Assembly (NCBI GenBank): GCA_016840085.1
Contig: JAEOTA010000004.1
Span: 32,001-96,000 of the forward strand
From: Promethearchaeota archaeon
GTDB lineage: Archaea; Asgardarchaeota; Lokiarchaeia; Sigyniarchaeales; SOKP01
Reading direction: 5' to 3'
DNA: 64,000 bases
Positions within the stretch are counted from its first letter, which is position 1. Each line of letters starts with the position of its first letter. The notes under the pieces were generated by a model that had not been told where the DNA came from, made no database searches, and saw nothing but the letters and a program-made list of their open reading frames with translations. The translations under genes were made by a program, and so were the position numbers. Positions 57,009-64,000 of this stretch are shown here, piece by piece.

Positions 57009-58040
57009 TTATAAAATTATTATTAACCACATTCCAAATCCAGTTAACATTGGATTCAAAATATTATCAGAAATATAATTAGCAAATGCATCTACTAATA
57101 AAAATAAAGTTGTAGCCACTATCGCCATTAAGATGATTTTTTCTATGGATATAGGTATCCACGCATAATATATCATAGGAATAATAAGCACTATTAATAA
57201 TGTTGCTAATCCACCTGCAATAAAACCCTCAACAGTCTTATCCGAATTCTTTCTTAAACTACGTTTTCCAAATTTTTTTCCTATTACACAAGCAGCAGCG
57301 TCAGCTCCGGTTGCTATTAAAGCAACCATTCCAAAAATAGGAAATGGCGCAAAGAGGAAGGGAGTAAATGATAATACTAATGCTGTAGAGGCGATAAAGG
57401 TACATTGCTCTTCCTGTCGCATAGACATATACCATCGCTTACTCCATTTAGGAAGTAAGTAGAATTTGTTTAGTCGTGCTAGATCTCCTATTTGAAACAT
57501 AATAACGAAACCAAAACCCACAGTTATGATCAACCAATATGAAAAACTATAATTATCTAAACCCCATTGGGTCAGAAGTCCAAGATCATCAAGAACAAGT
57601 CCTAACGTCCAAAAGAAAAAGATTACAAAACATGTAAATAAATGTAAAAATTTCCTACCAAATTCATTTTTCAAATCATCTACCCAATTTTTGTTGAATT
57701 CTTCACAATATTTATTATAATCTCTCTCTGCCATAATTTCGGGATTTCTTTGAGAAATGATTCCATTATAAAGTAACATAATTACCCATATTCCCATCTC
57801 AACTATAAAAAAGGTTGATGTAAATAACCATAAATAATTCAATGAATTTTGACTTAAATCAGGTGAATGAAATTGATACATAAAAGGAAAAAGAACTCCA
57901 GCTATCAAAAATAGTAAAGCAATTAAAATTTCATTTATAATTAAATGATTTTCTATTTTGATTTTTCTGTTTTTAAATATGTAAATTAAAGTTAAAATTG
58001 AATACCCAATTAAAATGATGCTTGTAGGTAAATAATACAT
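57009..58040 (-). CDS. CTP-dependent polyprenol/dolichol/diacylglycerol kinase family protein
   Basis: RKFLH, DAAACVIGKKFG, KTVEG, DNILNP. Confidence 0.85.
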   Translation of the reverse strand: MYYLPTSIILIGYSILTLIYIFKNRKIKIENHLIINEILIALLFLIAGVLFPFMYQFHSPDLSQNSLNYLWLFTSTFFIVEMGIWVIMLLYNGIISQRNPEIMAERDYNKYCEEFNKNWVDDLKNEFGRKFLHLFTCFVIFFFWTLGLVLDDLGLLTQWGLDNYSFSYWLIITVGFGFVIMFQIGDLARLNKFYLLPKWSKRWYMSMRQEEQCTFIASTALVLSFTPFLFAPFPIFGMVALIATGADAAACVIGKKFGKRSLRKNSDKTVEGFIAGGLATLLIVLIIPMIYYAWIPISIEKIILMAIVATTLFLLVDAFANYISDNILNPMLTGFGMWLIIIL

Positions 58041-58089
58041 GATGTTAACCTTTAAAGTCTAATAATATAAAAATTTTTACTACTAAATA

Positions 58090-59193
58090 TTAAATCCACG
58101 CTAAAATAATTGTATAGAAATCTAATTTAAAGAAGAATCGAACAAATATATAAAGTAACCCACATCCAATAGGGATTAATAAATTATCTGACAAGTTAAT
58201 TGGTTTTCTGGTTAAGATATCAGAAATTAGGAAGGTAATAGAAAATATAATTGACCAGAAATGACCAACAAAGAAGAAACATATCGCATAAGTTGTTAAT
58301 GTACCTGCTATTGTACCTTCCCAGGTCTTTCTTTCATTCCAAGAAATATGATGTTTCCCATAGCGTATTCCAATTTGGCTCGTCATTAAATCGGCAATTG
58401 AGCTTATACCTAATATTGCAAAAAATATCATTGGAGGGCAAATAAAAGCTACGAACATGTGTCCGATTGCATAATAAAGGTAAGTTCCATAATTTTCTTT
58501 TTCTTCTTCAGTTAGATAAATTTTGGGAAACATAGTAAAAGGGAAAGAAAAAAACCGAGATTTTCGGCTATATTCATTTGTAATCATTATTAAACATATC
58601 GTATAAAAAAAGAAAAATAGAAGATAATAAAACCATCCCAATGCATACATAACTTCAGCAATAGAATCTTGTTCGTTAAATATTTGCAAATATAATAAAA
58701 GCATATTATTTTCTTCAGGAATCATTCCTGCTGAGCTACCTGTATAAAATTGTACAACATATAACCCAATATACCAAACAATAAATAGAGCAACAAAAAT
58801 TAATACGTGATTCAATTTCCGGAGTGTATCTTTCTTCGCTTTACTCAAATTCTTTTGTTTTAATTCTAATTTTTCTGAAAAATTGGAAAGATCTTTCTTT
58901 AAAACTCGTTTACATATTTGCTCTATTCCAGTAGAAATTATTAATAAAAATAGAACTACTAATAAAGGTATTCCAAGCGACAATAACCACAAAGGCATTA
59001 TAGATGAACGGAGCTCAGTATCTTGATTCATTAATAATAAAAACAACAGAATATGGATAAATACCAAAAATAATGCACTAAATCCAAAAATATTATTAAG
59101 AATATCCTTCCTAAGTGAAAGATACATATAATTAAAGAGGATAACTAAATAAGAAAACAAAAAAAAAATAAACCAAAAAAAGAAATATTCCAT
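58090..59193 (-). CDS. CTP-dependent polyprenol/dolichol/diacylglycerol kinase family protein (paralog)
   Basis: RKLNH, DLMTSQIGIRYG, KTWEG, DNLLIP. Confidence 0.82.
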   Translation of the reverse strand: MEYFFFWFIFFLFSYLVILFNYMYLSLRKDILNNIFGFSALFLVFIHILLFLLLMNQDTELRSSIMPLWLLSLGIPLLVVLFLLIISTGIEQICKRVLKKDLSNFSEKLELKQKNLSKAKKDTLRKLNHVLIFVALFIVWYIGLYVVQFYTGSSAGMIPEENNMLLLYLQIFNEQDSIAEVMYALGWFYYLLFFFFYTICLIMITNEYSRKSRFFSFPFTMFPKIYLTEEEKENYGTYLYYAIGHMFVAFICPPMIFFAILGISSIADLMTSQIGIRYGKHHISWNERKTWEGTIAGTLTTYAICFFFVGHFWSIIFSITFLISDILTRKPINLSDNLLIPIGCGLLYIFVRFFFKLDFYTIILAWI

Positions 59194-59331
59194 AACTAAA
59201 CTTGTTTATAAGTATATATTAAATATATGCATTTTCTCATAGACTTATATTATTAATTTCAGAATAAACTCTTTAATAAAATTTACAAAAAAATTAATCT
59301 TATAATTAGATAGTATAAAATTTCCTTCTCT

Positions 59332-59949
59332 ATGGCATCAAAATTGAAGAAAATTATCTTAGCTTCGAAATCCGTTGATCGAAGTTGGCTCCTAAAACAA
59401 GCAGGAATTTCTTTTGAAGTAATTGCTACAAATATTGATGAAGAAGAATATAAAATAAATATTTCAGATCCTATTGAATTATCAAAAGAATTAGCTAAAG
59501 CTAAGGCTTTATTTGCTAAAAATTTATTAATAAAAGATGATTTTGATTGTGCTATTATCGCAGCAGACACAATTGTGGAACTTAATGGAGAGATAATTGG
59601 TAAAGCAGAAAATGAGGAGCATGCTTTTGAAATTCTTAAAAAATTAATTGGTAAATCTCATAATCTTATAACAGGAATTGCCATTACCGATACAATTACA
59701 TCTAAGATTATTGTTGATTATGATATTACATCTGTAGAATTTCTTGCACTTTCTGATAAAGAAATTAGGGGATACATAAAAACTAATGAATGGAAAGGAC
59801 GTGCTGGAGCCTATTCAATAAGAGATAAAGCAAGTTTATTTGTAAATAAAATAAATGGTTCTTCTTCGAATGTAATTGGTTTACCAATGCAAAAACTCTA
59901 TAAAATCTTAAAAAAGGAATTTAATGTAAATTTATTTCAAAGGAATTAA
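59332..59949 (+). CDS. maf: Maf-family nucleoside triphosphate pyrophosphatase
   Basis: IILASKS..R, AADTIV, GRAGAY, GSSSNVIGLP. Confidence 0.93.
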   Translation: MASKLKKIILASKSVDRSWLLKQAGISFEVIATNIDEEEYKINISDPIELSKELAKAKALFAKNLLIKDDFDCAIIAADTIVELNGEIIGKAENEEHAFEILKKLIGKSHNLITGIAITDTITSKIIVDYDITSVEFLALSDKEIRGYIKTNEWKGRAGAYSIRDKASLFVNKINGSSSNVIGLPMQKLYKILKKEFNVNLFQRN

Positions 59950-59962
59950 ATATATAATAATT

Positions 59963-60535
59963 ATGAAGAAAATTCATATCTGTGTAGGGTCTTTAAATCC
60001 AACAAAAATTAATGCTACAAAAATAGCATTTGGTAAATATTATGATAATATTCAAATTTATAATGTTAAAGTAGATTCAAAAGTTTCAGATCAACCTATT
60101 GGTCTAAATTTAATTCTCGAAGGGGCAATTAATCGAGCTAAAAGTGCTTTAAATTTTCTTATTAACGAAAAAATGATTAATCAAGGAATTTTTGGGGTGG
60201 GAATTGAAGCTGGATTAGTTAATGTACCTTATTCTAACACAAATTATATGGATTTCCAATTTTGTGCTATTATAGATGAAAAGAAACAACTTTCTCTAGG
60301 TTCTGGAGTAGCATTTGAATACCCTCACTCTGTTATTGATCAAATTTTGAAAAATTCAAATAAAGAAATTGGTGAAATTATGGGAAAACTAGCAGGTAAT
60401 ATGAATTTGAAAAATGAAGCAGGTGCTATTAGTTTTTTAAGTAAAAATACTATAACTAGAACTGAAATTTTAACTCAATCAGTAATATGTGCTCTATTAC
60501 CCTATATGAATAAAGGTTTATATCAATTTTATTAA
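59963..60535 (+). CDS. yjjX: Inosine/xanthosine triphosphatase (YjjX/DUF84)
   Basis: VGSLNPTKI, SDQP, GAINRA, GVGIEAG, GAISFLS. Confidence 0.92.
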   Translation: MKKIHICVGSLNPTKINATKIAFGKYYDNIQIYNVKVDSKVSDQPIGLNLILEGAINRAKSALNFLINEKMINQGIFGVGIEAGLVNVPYSNTNYMDFQFCAIIDEKKQLSLGSGVAFEYPHSVIDQILKNSNKEIGEIMGKLAGNMNLKNEAGAISFLSKNTITRTEILTQSVICALLPYMNKGLYQFY

Positions 60536-60566
60536 AAAAAGAGGAGGAGGGTTTTTTAATTTACTT

Positions 60567-60728
60567 TTATAATTTTTTTATACTTTTTAAATCTTCATAG
60601 AACCTTAGTATTTTTTCAAATTTGCTAATCAAATTCTCATAATAATCTTCGTCAGCATATCTCATTTTAGATAACTCTCTTGCAACGGCGATTTCGTTTC
60701 TGTATCGTAGTATTTTTTCATCAATCAC
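60567..60728 (-). CDS. Small hypothetical protein (53 aa), below the ORF-track cutoff
   Basis: GTG start; MIDEKILRYRNEIAVARELSKMRYADEDYYENLISKFEKILRFYEDLKSIKKL*; amphipathic helical pattern. Confidence 0.5.
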   Translation of the reverse strand: MIDEKILRYRNEIAVARELSKMRYADEDYYENLISKFEKILRFYEDLKSIKKL

Positions 60729-60922
60729 ATAGTTTTTTCAAATAAGTTTTTATTTAAAATACAAAAATATCACAATATTATCACCTGAAAAACTAGCAAT
60801 AAAAGAAGAGAATTTTGATATTTTTTTGTAATCGAAAAGTAATAGTCTTTTTTTTAAAACTTAAATGCTTATATAATGTAAAAACTTTATACAATTTAAA
60901 ACACTAATTAAGAGGATATAAA

Positions 60923-61255
60923 ATGGCTAAAACGCATTACAAAAACGAAGGAATTATGAAATTCCTAACTGTTATTGGAGGTTTAGTAGCATTAGCAAGT
61001 CAATTATTCGCAATTTTTGGAGGTCCATGGCCCATTCCTCAATGGGTTGGATTATATAGCATAATATATGCAATTATTGGAATTTTTATTTCAATTATAA
61101 CAATTTATACAGCAATTAAGCCCGATAATCCTTTTCCGTTTCATTGGTTATTCTTATTTGTATTAGGTATATTACTTATAATCTTTGCTGGAGGAATAAT
61201 AGCCTGCGTTCTACTAATTATTGCTGCATTAATTGGATTGATTGAATCCTTATAG
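60923..61255 (+). CDS. Small membrane protein
   Basis: GAGG SD; 3-4 TMs. Confidence 0.7.
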   Translation: MAKTHYKNEGIMKFLTVIGGLVALASQLFAIFGGPWPIPQWVGLYSIIYAIIGIFISIITIYTAIKPDNPFPFHWLFLFVLGILLIIFAGGIIACVLLIIAALIGLIESL

Positions 61256-61326
61256 AGAAAGAAAAACCAATCTTTTCAAAATTTAAATTATTATTTTTTA
61301 TCTTTTTTCAATTATAAATTTCAAGT

Positions 61327-62193
61327 CTAAGAGTTTTCCAAGAAATAATTAACAATTTCTTCTGCTAAATTGATATCTGTGACTTTTTGTAATGCTGTGA
61401 ATCCTGGAATAGAATTCACTTCTAAAACAAGATACCCTTTTTCACTTTCTAATATATCAACTCCAGCTATTTCAGTTTTAGTAACTTCTGCTGCTTTTAT
61501 TGCTAATTTTTCCAATTCATTATTTATTTCAATTGGTTCTGCTCTAGCACCCATATAAATATTTGTTTTCCAACTATCACCAACCCTATACATACCAGCA
61601 ACAACTTTATTACCTAAAACGAATATTCTAATATCTCGATTCTGATGTTTAATGAATTCTTGTAGATAAAACACTTCATTAAGTCGACCAAGAGAATATA
61701 TGACGTTTTCAGCAAAACCTTTATTGTTTAATCTAGTTATACCTATACCCTTTGATCCAAAGAGTGGTTTTAAAACACAATCTTCTCCCAATTCTTCAAA
61801 AGATTCTAAAGCAGTGTGAGGATCTTCACAAATTATTGTTTTAGGTGTAGGGATGTTATGCTTTTCCAAAAAAATAGAAGTTAGAAATTTATCACTCGCA
61901 ATTTCTAAAGACTCTCTTGAATTTATTAATTTAACATTATATTCTTCTATTGCTCTTAAAATATCTAACCTAAAAAATACTTTTTGGGTGATCCCTGCAC
62001 CAAAACCTCTCACAAGAGCCGCTTTAGGCTCAAGATTAGTAAATTTGTCTTTAAATTTTTCTTTAAAAGAAATAGATAGTTTCACTGTAGAGGGAATGAA
62101 ATATTGGATGTTATACCCTTTCTTTTCAAATTCCTTAGTTAATAATTGAACTTCAGGATCAGAAGGATTTGGAGTAATTATCATAGATTCCAT
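61327..62193 (-). CDS. RimK/LysX-family ATP-grasp ligase (MptN/CofF-like glutamate ligase)
   Basis: DKFLT, VLKPLFGSKG, YLQEF, DIRIFV, GVDI, EVNSIPG. Confidence 0.9.
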   Translation of the reverse strand: MESMIITPNPSDPEVQLLTKEFEKKGYNIQYFIPSTVKLSISFKEKFKDKFTNLEPKAALVRGFGAGITQKVFFRLDILRAIEEYNVKLINSRESLEIASDKFLTSIFLEKHNIPTPKTIICEDPHTALESFEELGEDCVLKPLFGSKGIGITRLNNKGFAENVIYSLGRLNEVFYLQEFIKHQNRDIRIFVLGNKVVAGMYRVGDSWKTNIYMGARAEPIEINNELEKLAIKAAEVTKTEIAGVDILESEKGYLVLEVNSIPGFTALQKVTDINLAEEIVNYFLENS

Positions 62194-62276
62194 TTTAGTT
62201 CTCCTTAAAAGTAAATTAGTTTATTAATCTATAGCACACTAATTTTTAAATAAATTTATTTTCTTATAAAACATAT

Positions 62277-62897
62277 ATGAAATCAATGGATCGTGAAGAT
62301 AAAGACCGAGAAATAGAGAAATTATCTAAAATATTAAGCAAAATTCAAAATCTTTATTATAAAAAGAAAGAACAATTAGAAGAATTACAAATAGAGATAG
62401 ATGAATTAAAGGAAGTGCTAAATTTCTTAAATTCTCTCATTTCAACCAAATCTTTCTTTAGTGCCGATGAAATTTATCAACAAACTCTAAAAGAAGAAAA
62501 GAAACCTATCGATGAAAAATATTTTATTGAAGAAATTCCAAAAGAAAAAGTTAAAGGAACAAATATTAAGAGAAAAATTTTTACTAAAGATAAAGATAAA
62601 GAACCAGATCTATTATGTGTGTTAAATTTTTATGATCTTAATTCAGTAGAAATTAAATTAATTAATCCTGAGAAACGGTCAATAAAAGAAACCTCTGAGG
62701 ATTTTATACGAATTTTCTTGAAGGGGGCTCTTATAAAAATTAAGGAATCTAATTCTACTATGAATTTGGAATATCATCATTTTAAAAACACAGATCTAAT
62801 CGAAATCATAAAAATTTCCAATTTAAATTCAATTTCTGAGTATGATTTAATAACTTCAAAGATAAGCGAATTGTTAGCAAAAGAAGTTATTAATTAA
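62277..62897 (+). CDS. Hypothetical protein with N-terminal coiled coil
   Basis: Heptad pattern KKKEQLEELQIEIDELKEVL. Confidence 0.65.
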   Translation: MKSMDREDKDREIEKLSKILSKIQNLYYKKKEQLEELQIEIDELKEVLNFLNSLISTKSFFSADEIYQQTLKEEKKPIDEKYFIEEIPKEKVKGTNIKRKIFTKDKDKEPDLLCVLNFYDLNSVEIKLINPEKRSIKETSEDFIRIFLKGALIKIKESNSTMNLEYHHFKNTDLIEIIKISNLNSISEYDLITSKISELLAKEVIN

Positions 62898-63053
62898 CAA
62901 AATTGTGGTGTTGATATAGTTTAATTTAGACTTATTCTAATCATTTGCAAAATATTATATTAGCATAATATTATGTTTTATTAAAATAGGAAAAATTAAT
63001 TATTCGAGAATTCTTATTTATTTTATCAAAATCAATATATTGAGTGTGTAATT

Positions 63054-63866
63054 TTGGCGAAGAAGAAATCATGGCTGCAAATGCCAAAGGTTCACTCCAA
63101 ATTTCATGACCCGAAGTTAGAGAGTGTATTAATTAATAAATCTCTAGAATTTTTGACTGGTGATAAAGGTGAACCCCCTTCATTTTTATTCCTTTCAGGT
63201 GCATTTTTTGATGTCAAATCATTTGCATATTCAGGACTAAGAGCTTGGAAGGGCACTGTAAAACCCTCAGAGGATAATGGGGGGAGAAGACCAGTTCTAG
63301 AAGCCACATTCGCTTCTTTATCAGTATATTTAAGTTCTCTATTAGGATTTCAATCAGATTTTTATTTTGCTTATGATGAGATAAAAGATATCTTATTAGA
63401 GAAGAAAAGGGAAGATCTTTGGACAATCGTCTCAGAAAAATTACCCTTTATTTCTATACCACCAAAAGAAATGTATGGTACTCAAGTCTCTCCAATTTCT
63501 CCTTATTTTATAATTAAACAGGATGAAGATTTAACATTAGGAGAAATTTACCCCTCAGCTTATTTAACTCAAATCATAAAAAATATTAAAACAAGATTCT
63601 TTGTATTTTATCAATTTCAAGGATATTCAGCTTTTGGATTTTTTAATGCATTGCCTGAACTATCTAAATTTGGATTCGAGGAACATGCCAGAGATTTTAT
63701 TGAAGATCCAACCTCAGAAAATTTAATAAAATATTCAAAGAATGCTAAAAATCTTAAAGAAATATTAGTAGCACTTATCAATGCGTATAATAACGCGTTT
63801 CTCGAACAATTCATAATACCAGACTACGAATTGCTCTTAAATAAATTATTAGAGGGAGAAGCATAA
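63054..63866 (+). CDS. Hypothetical protein
   Basis: 270-aa ORF translationally coupled (TAATG) to a small GTPase. Confidence 0.65.
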   Translation: MAKKKSWLQMPKVHSKFHDPKLESVLINKSLEFLTGDKGEPPSFLFLSGAFFDVKSFAYSGLRAWKGTVKPSEDNGGRRPVLEATFASLSVYLSSLLGFQSDFYFAYDEIKDILLEKKREDLWTIVSEKLPFISIPPKEMYGTQVSPISPYFIIKQDEDLTLGEIYPSAYLTQIIKNIKTRFFVFYQFQGYSAFGFFNALPELSKFGFEEHARDFIEDPTSENLIKYSKNAKNLKEILVALINAYNNAFLEQFIIPDYELLLNKLLEGEA

Positions 63867-64000
63867 TGGTGAATATTGGATTGTTGGGTGATGTTAGTGT
63901 TGGAAAGACAAGTATTCTTCGTCTTTTCGTTCGTTATTTAAAAAAAGGTGATATTGAAAAAGTAGAAGGAGGAGTAAAATGTTCTGTAGTTAAAGCAGAT
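63866..64000 (+). CDS. Small GTPase (Ras superfamily), partial
   Basis: MVNIGLLGDVSVGKTSILRLF P-loop; truncated by the window edge. Confidence 0.85.
   Translation, partial: MVNIGLLGDVSVGKTSILRLFVRYLKKGDIEKVEGGVKCSVVKAD

Noticed and set aside
2808-63814. Numerous short antisense or alternate-frame ORFs in the track (e.g. 2808, 3519, 4187, 4559, 6294, 8989, 16062, 26118, 30438, 56294, 59283, 63104)
   Set aside because: They are shadows of well-supported genes and show no recognisable motifs.

Overview
AT-rich archaeal chromosome segment. Gene content points to an Asgard archaeon of the Lokiarchaeia type: TFB, Gar1, ArcS/RaSEA, archaeal DnaG, a ribosomal/translocation superoperon from eS19 to FtsY and SecE, roadblock and longin proteins, a small GTPase, SCP2 proteins and a Loki-CTERM-like surface protein. 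Housekeeping blocks alternate with accessory patches. Main observations: (1) a tRNA-Phe(GAA) at 25232-25425, hidden under two spurious ORFs, split by four non-canonical introns that each have a bulge-helix-bulge (BHB) motif and splice to a perfect 76-nt cloverleaf; (2) a tandem Lrp/AsnC regulator with a single TATA-binding-protein (TBP) repeat between its two Lrp modules, divergent from ahcY; (3) two independent cases of 'intact gene - cargo - displaced copy of the same gene's 3' end' (ahcY with an ABC transporter; iolM with a free-standing LAGLIDADG endonuclease); (4) a GC-rich multi-hairpin ncRNA candidate at about 46700-46872 that I cannot assign to a family; (5) a Thermotoga-type myo-inositol catabolic cluster (iolG/M/N/O); (6) modular beta-propeller surface proteins with nested domain insertions. 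All calls are by eye from motifs; no database searches were run.
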